A stretch of 63,916 nt of DNA, the filler included, from Octopus bimaculoides (Eukaryota), in the NCBI RefSeq assembly GCF_001194135.2. It is 9 parts of 8 records of this genome, joined end to end, with 100 filler letters (N's around TTAATTAATTAA, not from the genome) between each part and the next. Parts side by side here need not be neighbours in the genome. Positions count along the whole stretch, not along the records: positions 42,245 to 61,720 come from NC_068991.1; positions 61,821 to 63,916 come from NC_068984.1; 7 more parts are not named here. The stretch is one strand, 5' to 3'. The notes beneath the pieces are model-generated. The model did not search any database. It saw only the letters and a list, made by a program, of their open reading frames with translations, and was not told the DNA's origin. A program made the translations under genes and the position numbers. This document shows, one piece after another, positions 52,975 through 63,916 of the stretch. The first letter of the stretch is position 1, and the number at the start of each line of letters is the position of its first letter.

Positions 52975-53020
<46 letters not shown>

Positions 53021-53226
53021 TGTGGTGAATGTTCTTTCAATATGTTTGGAAAATGACCAGCTGTGAGTTGATGGGTGTGTATGTAGTTAAGATTGTCTTG
53101 TTGAAGAAAGAATGAGGTTATTTATTCAGGTTAGATGTATTCCTTTGAGTATCTCCACCGGTAGGTAGATGTGCGGTCACCAGCTGTGAAAATGTGTGAG
53201 TGTTCGTGTATGTGTTTGAGACAGAC

Positions 53227-53284
<58 letters not shown>

Positions 53285-53570
53285 ATAGATAAATACAAAT
53301 CTATACACATAAATGGAGATGTTTCTATGTATGTTAGCAGGCATGTATGTATGAATAATAGTCACAATAGAGTTCTTTGTAATTGTATGTAAGGAAATGC
53401 CAAACGGTAAATTTAATGTAAAGTGTTTGTTTTACTAACTAGCACAGAATATACCGTTGTCTTTCATTCTGGGAAGTTTCCGGCATGCAGTTTTTCTCTT
53501 CAAAACCGACGGCTAAACGCTTTCTTTGATGTGTATTTTCTATATCATATTACTTTTACTCCAGTTATAC

Positions 53571-53641
<71 letters not shown>

Positions 53642-55093
53642 ACATACCACAACACTACTCACATGTATGACCTAGCTGTTTTCAGTGGATTTATTTTCCC
53701 AAGTATCCTGCACAAAAACCCCAAGTAAGTTACCTTAATCTTATATCTGGTTAATTTTTCAGCGGTTACGTTACAATGAGCGTATTTGTATCCGCAGCTA
53801 ATTACATAGCTTGTAAAACTACTCAATAAAGGAAATGATTTCTATTACACATTAACTCTCTTAGAGTCTTCAATCATTGGATTGCAGCCATTGCTGGGAA
53901 TCGACCTGATATTTTTTTGATGGATTAAATTGATTACAGAATTTAAAGTAGGTACTCATTTCATTGATCTTTTTGACAAACAACTATGCGCCTGGGACTT
54001 AAGCAAAGCTACACCAGTTATTAAGAAGTAAAAGAAACACAGATGAATGCGCATATATATAAACGCTCCGAACCAACAAATATTAAACGGGTTTGAACAG
54101 TTTTCATGTAACAAATTCAATGAAATGGCATTGGCCTGTCTGATTCTGTATCTGAAGTTAGTTGCACAAATTGTCCAGCAGAGTGATTGCATCTGGAACT
54201 ATGTACATGCTAAGCGAATTTCTTAACCAAATAGCAACACATATAAAACGTGGAAATCGTTTAGCTTAAAATTTATAATAAACTTATGTTTACTATCTTT
54301 AATCTCTTCTTTGCTGGCAGAATAATTAAAGCTTCAGTAAAAAATTCCTACTCTGTTGTATTAAACAATTTCCACCATTCTGGTATCAACTTCCCCTTTG
54401 ATATTTCCAAGGTTAACACAACGTATTAATGAAATATTTTGGTCGATGTAAAACTATTACAATATTCCAGATGCCAATGGAACCCGAACAGATGAGATAA
54501 ATTGTGATTTTAGTGAGATATTGGATATTCAAGGAAAGTCAAATTTACTAGAGAATTCCTTTTTTTTTTTTTTGTTTCATCATTATAATTCTTGGCACGT
54601 AAGGACTGTAATGGCAGCTACAATTTAGGCTAATTTTAATTAGATAAACATCAATGCAAATAATTTTATAAAAACAGGATATTATAATTCTTGAGTGTAA
54701 TTATCGATAATTATTAAGAAAAAAATAATAAACCTATTAAGGCATTCTTCTAATGTAAGAAATAGTATTATAAGCAAAATGCCTCGTTAAATGCTCCATC
54801 AATAGAATGACTATAGAGCAAGGACCGTACGATGTTCAACTTATTTATTTGTTTACCGTTGTTAATAGTTTAGATAGCCTTTCTTTTCCTTTCTGCTTAT
54901 TTTATCCAGTAGAATGTGGTCATGCTGGGGTTAGAGGCTTGAGCGGTTTCGTCGAACAAACTAACCCCACCTCCCAGAACTTACTTTTAAGTCTGCTGCT
55001 TATTTTTAGCCGAAATGCTAAGTTACGAGGACATACACACAAATCCATACCGTACATTATTTACATTTGACGGATATTTGTCCTCTTCTTGTT

Positions 55094-55139
55094 AACACAA
55101 CGTTTCGGCTGATATACCCTCCAGCCTTCATCAGGTGTC
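55094..55139 (-). ncRNA. Minimal hammerhead ribozyme motif with intact core
   Basis: GACAC CTGATGA A GGCTG-10nt-CAGCC GAAA C GTT GTGTT: 5-bp stem I, 5-bp stem II, AACGTT palindrome, GUU triplet. Confidence 0.75.
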
Positions 55140-55287
55140 TTCGGGAAATTTCGAACTTGGGTTCTCATTCTTAAGGTACTTTTCGATGTTATCATTATCA
55201 TTATTATTGTTATTATTACTATTAATGTTATTATTATTATTCAGGCCACTGCCTGGAATGGAACTCGGAATCTTGGGCTTAGTAGCC

Positions 55288-55330
55288 CACCTGATGAAGG
55301 CTGGAGGGTACAGCAGCCTAAACGTTGTGT
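55288..55330 (+). ncRNA. Second hammerhead copy with GAAA changed to TAAA
   Basis: CAC CTGATGA A GGCTG..CAGCC TAAA CGTT GTG. Confidence 0.6.
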
Positions 55331-56218
55331 TAACAACAAACAAGTTGAGGGCAAATATCCGTCAAATGTAAATGATGTACATAATTCCTCATCTCTTAAA
55401 TACAGAAATCAATAACGATTATCGAATTTTAGGTCCATGTCAAACGCAACTCAAACTTAAAGTAATACACACAGACGTATGTATAGATAGTCTTCATCAC
55501 AGTTTCCATATACCAATTCTATTCTCAAGATATTTCTCAGCGAAGAGCCATAGCCATAATGAAAGAGCACTTGCACAAATTTCCACGCAATGGGACGGAA
55601 CGCAATGGGACGGAATTACTACGTAATTGCAAGCTGAACTTCGTAACCAATTAGACATGCCCTCATCTCTGTCTGCAGAATATATAATTTAGCGAGGGAT
55701 GAACGGCCCTTTTCAGAAAATTAATGCATTACATGGTTAACCAGTAATTTCTGAGATTGCAATACTGTTCTCAAATATACTAATGGGTGTAGCCACCACG
55801 AATAAGCATGTTCACGCTAGGCACAGATTTGAAGCTAACGAATAATAACGTAGGCAATATTTCGCAGTTTTAGAAGTAGCAGTCATATATCCGTGATATC
55901 ACATGCTACCGTCTCAAGAAACGTGTGACATTATATAACGTAAGCCTAGATACACTCTGCCTAAAAGTGAAAGATGGAAACTTCACAGTTTGAATTCTTT
56001 TGATCACAGTTCTGCGAGATCAAAGCTGACCTTAACCGTCTTCAAGAACAAGCTATATTATCACAGTACATCCTATACAATCAATATATAACGCGCAGCA
56101 TAAAATAGAAGCTATGCTAATGATTTCTAACTTTAGCACATTTCAGAAAATATTTCAGTTATACATCATATATATATATCAATAATATTTTCCACATAGA
56201 AACGAACGCAACACAATA

Positions 56219-56257
56219 GCCGCCATTTTCTTCTCTATGTCCTGTGGCAATTTCCGG
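56219..56257 (-). promoter_or_regulatory. Candidate housekeeping-type core promoter (ETS + YY1 motifs)
   Basis: CCGGAA about 25 bp upstream of AAAATGGCGGC on the minus strand, in non-repetitive DNA. Confidence 0.35.
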
Positions 56258-56804
56258 TCCACTGTAATGTAGGTGAAGCACCACTTTCATAGATATCACC
56301 GATCACGAACTCTTAAATAGTTCAAATTTTTCTATTGAATTGATCATGAGTGCAAGCTATGACAAGGGGTTACGATGCATAAACAATTAGGTGTTGTCGT
56401 TCATTAATAGCGCTTATTTCTTAAAACCCATGGTGAAGAACGTTAAATACAACATTAGTGAGAACTGAACACGTACTGTAAATGGAGCAATCAAAAAAAT
56501 CGGCATTTAATGCAGCTTCAAACCATTTTTCCCCAGAGTATATTCTTTGGGTATCAATGACAATGCCACTACATGGTAAATCTGCCTACTAGAAATAGTG
56601 AGCGTATGTTACAAAAATCAACAACTATTTCTTTGAAGGAAGAAGGTCCGCTACTAAGACCGAATGACCAACACTGGCATACCTACTGACGTTGTTTGAC
56701 ACAATATTTTGATGCACTCTTGAAGCAGTATAAGATTAAAAAAAGCACAGTGGTATATGTTAATAATCCTATCTACTATAGGCACGAGGCCTAGGTTTTC
56801 TGGG

Positions 56805-57085
56805 GAGGGGGACCGTCGATCACATCGAACCCAGTACTCATTTGGTACTTAATCTATCGACTCCGAAAGGATGAAAAGCAAAGTCGATCTCGGTGGAATT
56901 TGGACGCAGAACGTAACGGCAGGCGAAATACCGCGAAGCATTTCGCCCGGCGTGCTAACTTTTCTTATTTCTTTATTGCCCACAAGGGGCTAAACATAGA
57001 GGGGAAAAACCAGAACAGGCAAACAGATTAAGTCAATTCCATTGACCCCAGTGCGTAACTGGTACTTAATTTTATCAACCCCGCA
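56805..57085 (-). mobile_element. SINE family B dimer, upstream unit 5'-truncated
   Basis: Junction gctaactttt|cttatttctttattgcccacaagggg at about 56963. Confidence 0.85.
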
Positions 57086-57149
57086 AAAAACAATATACAA
57101 TATACAATATACAATGCCATTCGAGAAAAAAAAAAGACTATCCTGGAAT

Positions 57150-57375
57150 AAATATTAGAGAATCTCCCTGTTATTGAATATGTACTCAAATACCAGCACA
57201 AGGAATACTGGTGGAACATTCCCATCGAAACATCTGCCAAGCGTAAGTTAACAGGCCAGATATTGTTGTTTGGTACAAAAAAGAAAAAGTACGTGGTCTC
57301 AGGTCAGCTGAACTGCTGATGTGAATAACTGTTTGAAAATCTAAAAGAAAGAAGATAATTATGGACAAGGGCTTT
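57150..57375 (+). mobile_element. R4-like endonuclease fragment
   Basis: EYWWNIPIETSAK...RPDIVVWYKKKK, with frameshifts. Confidence 0.6.
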
Positions 57376-57771
57376 GAAACGTGCAGCTTCTATATCCGGA
57401 TTATAAATTTACATTTATATCAGTAATAATAGGAGTAATTGGTTTTGTAAATAAGTGCTTAACTCTCAGTCTGGATAAGCTAAGATTTTCAGATAAAGAA
57501 ATTGACTCATTGATTCGCACATTAAAGTACAATCTGCAAGCGGAACAGTAAAACTTTTCTCAGGTTTAAAATGTGATACTGTATTTTTATCAACATTCCA
57601 AAGACAGAGCATTTTATCTTTATTAAAAACCAGATTCTTCTGCAGAGAAAGAATTTAAATGATTAAATACAGAAGAGACATACATACATACATGCATACA
57701 TATATGCATACATACATACATGCATACATACATACATGCATGCATTCATGCATACATACATACATACATAC

Positions 57772-58085
57772 GGAGCCCGGACATCGAAACCAGAAAGATA
57801 GTGACCACAACTGGCAACTTCCACATTAACGGCGACACCCACTGGACCAATGTGAAACGAAGCGATGGTGGTAGAAACATATAGTCTAAACAGCCTTTGA
57901 ATGTCACACTGAAACTCTCAGCCAATACCTGCTGAAGAGTAAAGAAAGAAATGAGCACATTCCAAGCATACTCAAACGCGAGAGCAACAATATATCTCCA
58001 GAGCTGGACAATTACTGCAAAGGTACTTTAAAAAGGCAACTGTCTCGTGCAAACCAAAAGAGGCTGAACTGATCTACCTAAACCG
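57772..58085 (+). mobile_element. R4-like post-RT fragment
   Basis: DIETRKIVTTTGNFHINGD...KRSDGGR. Confidence 0.6.
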
Positions 58086-58556
58086 AAATATACATAAATA
58101 CATACATACATACAGACAGACAGACAGACATACGTACACATCTGTGTTCAAAAGTAACTTCGAAGTTTCAGCTTAAAGAAAGATTATTATGAGACAACCT
58201 GACGAAGCCAGCAGAGTAATAAATACATCAGTGGCGCTGTTTTTCATGATAAAATAATAGGAACAAAACAAATGAGATATTGAGCTTAAAGGTGTTTACT
58301 GATCATTCAATCAATACTTTTTTCTTATTTTACTATGGATAACGAAGCAGTTAAACAGTTTTCTATATATAATTGGATGAGCTGTTTGTGTATACATGTG
58401 TATAATGCCAACAGACGATCATACATACATACATAGATATACATTACATATATACATAAATGCACATCCACCTACATATATGTATGTATGGATATATATG
58501 TATATATATATATGTATGCATATATATACACATACATATATATATATATATGTGCG

Positions 58557-58596
<40 letters not shown>

Positions 58597-59446
58597 NNNN
58601 NNNNNNNNNNNNNNNNNNNNNNNNNNNNNNNNNNNNNNNNNNNNNNNNNNNNNNNNNNNNNNNNNNNNNNNNNNNNNNNNNNNNNNNNNNNNNNNNNNNN
58701 NNNNNNNNNNNNNNNNNNNNNNNNNNNNNNNNNNNNNNNNNNNNNNNNNNNNNNNNNNNNNNNNNNNNNNNNNNNNNNNNNNNNNNNNNNNNNNNNNNNN
58801 NNNNNNNNNNNNNNNNNNNNNNNNNNNNNNNNNNNNNNNNNNNNNNNNNNNNNNNNNNNNNNNNNNNNNNNNNNNNNNNNNNNNNNNNNNNNNNNNNNNN
58901 NNNNNNNNNNNNNNNNNNNNNNNNNNNNNNNNNNNNNNNNNNNNNNNNNNNNNNNNNNNNNNNNNNNNNNNNNNNNNNNNNATACATATATATATATATA
59001 TGTGCGTATATATATATACATATGTGTGTGCGTGTGTGTGTACATATGTATATATATTATTATACATCACACAATTATCCACACATGAACACTATACCTG
59101 TCATATATAAGTAACTTAATTGAATGTATATAAACTTATTTCACAACTTTGTGTGATGCAGGTGGTCTTACGAGAAGCGCTATGTCTATTTTCTCGCCAG
59201 ATCATTAAATTTTACCTACCACTGCTTCGTTGCCAACGTTGCAGAATATGAGAGAAAATCCCATCGCTAATTAGTGATGCCAAATACGACTCTTACACTA
59301 CAAAACTGACTGAATCCCGCTTCTCATAATCTGCCAAAGTGATGCTCTTATTCTATTGTTAACTTATAATGAATAGTTACGATTATTATTATACTGTGAG
59401 TACACAGATAATAGACTTTATGTGCTTCCGACACAATACAAACGGT

Positions 59447-59620
59447 TACCCAAAAGAAACCGGAATTATGCAATATTATTTTATTCGCTTAGTTTTACAT
59501 GTTAATACTCTTATCGCCTTCAAAGTATTATCCATTTGAAGCAACGCATCCGTCCAGTTGCGTTTTCCACTGTTCGAAAATCCATTGCCGGGAGCTCCAG
59601 AATACACCAGTCATATCAAC
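59447..59620 (-). mobile_element. Mariner 3' end
   Basis: IFEQWKTQLDGCVASNG*YFEGDK followed by a TIR-like aattccggtttcttttggg. Confidence 0.65.
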
Positions 59621-59654
59621 AAGTTTGTCAATTTTTCGGTGAGTATCCTTTAGT

Positions 59655-59800
59655 CGAGCGAATCGACCCCAGGACTTATTCTTTGAAAGCCTAGTACTTA
59701 TTCTATCGCGCTATTTTGCCGAAACGCTAGGTTACGGGGACGTAAACACACCAGCATCGGTTGTGAAGCGATGTTGGGGGGACAAATACAAACACACAAG
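59655..59800 (-). mobile_element. SINE family A body
   Basis: cgaccccaggacttattctttgaaagcctagtacttattctatcg. Confidence 0.85.
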
Positions 59801-60830
59801 CATATACACACGCATACATACATACATACATATATANNNNNNNNNNNNNNNNNNNNNNNNNNNNNNNNNNNNNNNNNNNNNNNNNNNNNNNNNNNNNNNN
59901 NNNNNNNNNNNNNNNNNNNNNNNNNNNNNNNNNNNNNNNNNNNNNNNNNNNNNNNNNNNNNNNNNNNNNNNNNNNNNNNNNNNNNNNNNNNNNNNNNNNN
60001 NNNNNNNNNNNNNNNNNNNNNNNNNNNNNNNNNNNNNNNNNNNNNNNNNNNNNNNNNNNNNNNNNNNNNNNNNNNNNNNNNNNNNNNNNNNNNNNNNNNN
60101 NNNNNNNNNNNNNNNNNNNNNNNNNNNNNNNNNNNNNNNNNNNNNNNNNNNNNNNNNNNNNNNNNNNNNNNNNNNNNNNNNNNNNNNNNNNNNNNNNNNN
60201 NNNNNNNNNNNNNNNNNNNNNNNNNNNNNNNNNNNNNNNNNNNNNNNNNNNNNNNNNNNNNNNNNNNNNNNNNNNNNNNNNNNNNNNNNNNNNNNNNNNN
60301 NNNNNNNNNNNNNNNNNNNNNNNNNNNNNNNNNNNNNNNNNNNNNNNNNNNNNNNNNNNNNNNNNNNNNNNNNNNNNNNNNNNNNNNNNNNNNNNNNNNN
60401 NNNNNNNNNNNNNNNNNNNNNNNNNNNNNNNNNNNNNNNNNNNNNNNNNNNNNNNNNNNNNNNNNNNNNNNNNNNNNNNNNNNNNNNNNNNNNNNNNNNN
60501 NNNNNNNNNNNNNNNNNNNNNNNNNNNNNNNNNNNNNNNNNNNNNNNNNNNNNNNNNNNNNNNNNNNNNNNNNNNNNNNNNNNNNNNNNNNNNNNNNNNN
60601 NNNNNNNNNNNNNNNNNNNNNNNNNNNNNNNNNNNNNNNNNNNNNNNNNNNNNNNNNNNNNNNNNNNNNNNNNNNNNNNNNNNNNNNNNNNNNNNNNNNN
60701 NNNNNNNNNNNNNNNNNNNNNNNNNNNNNNNNNNNNNNNNNNNNNNNNNNNNNNNNNNNNNNNNNNNNNNNNNNNNNNNNNNNNNNNNNNNNNNNNNNNN
60801 NNNNNNNNNNNNNNNNNNNNNNNNNNNNNN

Positions 60831-60895
<65 letters not shown>

Positions 60896-61098
60896 ATGCA
60901 TACGCACGTACACACCCACGCATACACACATATATATATACACATGCATGTGTGTGTTACATATGTATATACCGACATGTCTGTTACCTTTCTCTTTGAC
61001 TCGTTTTCTATTATTTATATATACATACATGGCCCCTTCTAGACCAGGCATTCAATATAACATGTCAAGCTTAACAGAAAGGCTCATTATTTTTGGGC

Positions 61099-61144
<46 letters not shown>

Positions 61145-61155
61145 NNNNNNNNNNA

Positions 61156-61235
61156 GACACTTGCCCAAGGTGCCACGCAGTGGGAATGAAACCGGAACCA
61201 TGTGATTGGTGAGCAAGGTACTTACCACACAGCCA
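61156..61235 (-). mobile_element. SINE family A head
   Basis: agacacttgcccaaggtgccacgcagtggga. Confidence 0.8.
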
Positions 61236-61683
61236 TTCATGTAACACGGAAACCGGTTCCGGATGAAAGTATCAACAAGATCTTTCTCTGTGTGTATTTC
61301 TTTTGTACTAGATTCTAAATGTTCCTTAATATCTCCTATTGTTCTTATATATTGAAAGATTAGGATTTACTTGTCATGCATGACGAATTACCTCGATGTT
61401 TAATCTACTTGAATTTATTTGGTATCTGATTATTTCATATAGTTAACTAAATTCATTTAACACTGAGTGCTCTCTAGCTGTCTGGATTTATTAATCCCCT
61501 TCCTTCTCATTATATATATATAACTATACAATTGGAGTCAAGAAGAAGGAGTACGGTGGGACAACTATTTTTTAATCAATACACACGACAGATACCCACC
61601 GCAAACCTGGATAGCACAGGGTAAATCTGAAGGGAGACGAGCTTTATACTGTTCTGTACTACGTTCTTAACAGAATATACCAT

Positions 61684-61720
<37 letters not shown>

Positions 61721-61949
61721 NNNNNNNNNNNNNNNNNNNNNNNNNNNNNNNNNNNNNNNNNNNNTTAATTAATTAANNNNNNNNNNNNNNNNNNNNNNNN
61801 NNNNNNNNNNNNNNNNNNNNCTCTCTCTCTCTCTCTCTCTTTCTCTCTTTCTCTCTTTGTGAAAGTATCTGTCATTACAGTATCGAAATGTGATTGTTTC
61901 AGTTAGTGGAATAGTTTCATTTTTAAAGTGAAAGTATTTGACATGAGTG

Positions 61950-62198
61950 TTTTTGTGTCACTTTTGACACTTAATACGTAAATAGTGGAGGAGATATTAT
62001 GTTGCCGTGTGCTCGAACTCTGCAAGAAGTTAATAATTTTTTTTGACTAAAACACAACTGGAACCCTATGTAAGGCATGTGTCAAATTTGAATGAAATTG
62101 GTTGCGTAGTTCTCGAGTTTTAGGGATTCACACAGACAGACAGACACACAGACAGACAGACAGACACACACACATTCTCATTTATATATATATAGATT
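61950..62198 (+). mobile_element. Non-autonomous Helitron/Helentron-like (Lep1/DINE-type) element
   Basis: caaatttgaatgaaattgg...(CAGA)n tract...ttctcatttatatatatagat end. Confidence 0.5.
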
Positions 62199-62344
62199 AT
62201 ATAATTTCTCACGCAGAAAAATTTTTCATATAATATGATCCAAAACGGAATAGTACTGAAACAACAGAAAATATTAAACTTCTAAATTGACTCATACTCT
62301 CCACCCCCCACACACACTCATATAGCAAATCCCTTGCACATTAC

Positions 62345-62836
62345 GGTCTCGGATCCGAGGAATTGTAGAGTCGGTTTCTCAAATTGCATGTTCCATACCT
62401 GAACAGTATTCCAACATTCCGCTTTAAAAGGACAATATTTCTTCGCAGTGTTTCCCATTTACTGCTAAGTGGACAGGAACAGCGTGAACTGAAATCTTTT
62501 GGTAAAAAACTTGACGCACAAAGTTCCGGTCACGATTTCCGACAAAGGGCTTTGCTGGAGGGATAAATGAACCCCAGACAACTTGCATGAGAATGTGCTG
62601 TCGCGCAATGAATGGCACCGATCGCTGAAACTCGTAATTCTAACAATTGAAGAGAAACAACAGAGAGAATGTGAAAGAGCTCACGACGAACGTCACTTCT
62701 TCGTTGCGTCATGTAGTTTTATCTGTAGTAGGTGTCATCGCCGCTGCATCACAAGAACAGGCCTTGTAGCTCACGTGCGAGCCTGCAAGAGATGATTACT
62801 GAATATCGTCGACTTACGACGGATAGCCGAAGAAGA
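62345..62836 (+). mobile_element. RTE-BovB-like LINE 3' end
   Basis: SRNEWHRSLK...FICSRCHRRCITRTGLVAHVRAC C2H2-like end; 3'UTR tcgtcgacttacgacggatagccgaagaag. Confidence 0.7.
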
Positions 62837-63084
62837 TTAATGCATGTATGTTTGTATGTATACGTACCTATATGGTATGTTTGTATGCATGTGTACATCA
62901 CGACATACAGAAAATATAAGAAACTGTTAGGTTTCGAGTGGGAATTTAAGAAAATGTTAGACCTCGCTACTCAGAGAAGCAAATTTCAACATAAATCCAT
63001 AAAGCGGGAGCTCCAGACTAGATGAGTGTAATACAATTATTACAATAAGCAACACCAATAATCCTTTCTACTATAAGCACAAGA

Positions 63085-63253
63085 CCTGAAACTGGGGGAG
63101 GGGGTAGTTAATTACATCCACCCCAGTACTCAACTGGTATTTTTCTTGATTGACCTCAAATAGATAAAAAGCAAAGTCGACTTCGGCGGAATTTGAACTC
63201 AGAGCTTATAGCGACGGATGACATCCCGCTAAGCATTTCTTCCGGCGTGCTAA
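63085..63253 (-). mobile_element. SINE family B copy
   Basis: gcaaagtcgacttcggcggaatttgaactcagag core. Confidence 0.8.
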
Positions 63254-63873
63254 GAAACACTAATAATAAAAGATATAAATGAATGGAGAAAAGGGGGCAT
63301 ATAAGGGAAAAACTGTGTTAGACAAAAATATATGGAATGTAGCAGGTATACTTTTAAATTATTCATAATATATTATATGCTAAAGCCATTAAAACACAAA
63401 TTGTGTTAAAGTATTCAGTACAAAATACAAAATATGTATAAAACACAAGGCTGCGCATCAGGCTATTCGAATGTGTGTGGGAATTTACAAGCTTGTAGGC
63501 TATTAAAAAACAGAATGAGATTTGCATTCAAAAAAATTGCAAAGCGATTAAATCTTAAACATAGAAAAGAGGCAAAGTTGCGTGTGAAAGATAAGTACAT
63601 ATAAGCATATATTAGTAAATCTTTGGAGATCTTTGGTCCTAAAGAGGATGAGAGGGGATATAAAAGAAAATGTTCTGACAGCATATTGCAAATGCGGATA
63701 GATTAGGACGGTATCGATTAAGGAGGCTTATAAAGGGCCAGAATGTACTTAGCGAAGATTTCATATGAAGATAAATGTTTAGATCTCAAATTCCAGCAGC
63801 TTAGAATATTTTCTGTGTGATTAGAACGACGCACATACTCAATCACATACAAGCACCCTCTCCATCTCTTTCT

Positions 63874-63916
<43 letters not shown>

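Larger units (their letters stand above)
55052..55408. mobile_element. tRNA-derived SINE (-) carrying a hammerhead motif, with an inverted duplicate of its 3' part
   Basis: tRNA-like 3' half at 55242-55288; arms 55052-55137 and 55288-55380 are inverted copies. Confidence 0.8.

Noticed and set aside
58197-58225. CTGACGAAGCC motif
   Set aside because: No closing stem II or GAAA

Overview
A eukaryotic, AT-rich window full of repeats, with many N gaps. The SINE, LINE and microsatellite content resembles an octopus (coleoid cephalopod) draft assembly; this is an inference. Most track ORFs are microsatellite or gap artefacts. Supported content: (i) a candidate 4-exon minus-strand gene (40548-40252, 39141-39068, 24054-23939, 20894-20812; about 189 aa, unrecognised) with GT-AG, phase-compatible junctions; (ii) decayed transposons: Penelope-like (PLE), R4/Dong-like, HERO-like, several RTE-type LINEs, Tc1/mariner including DD37D, a Chapaev-like transposase and a Helitron-like element; (iii) several tRNA-derived SINE families in many copies; (iv) six minimal type-I hammerhead ribozyme motifs in five unrelated repeat contexts, including a tRNA-derived SINE that carries a hammerhead and folds back on itself. 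Repeat boundaries were read by eye and are approximate (tens of bp). Family names come from recalled protein motifs, not database searches.
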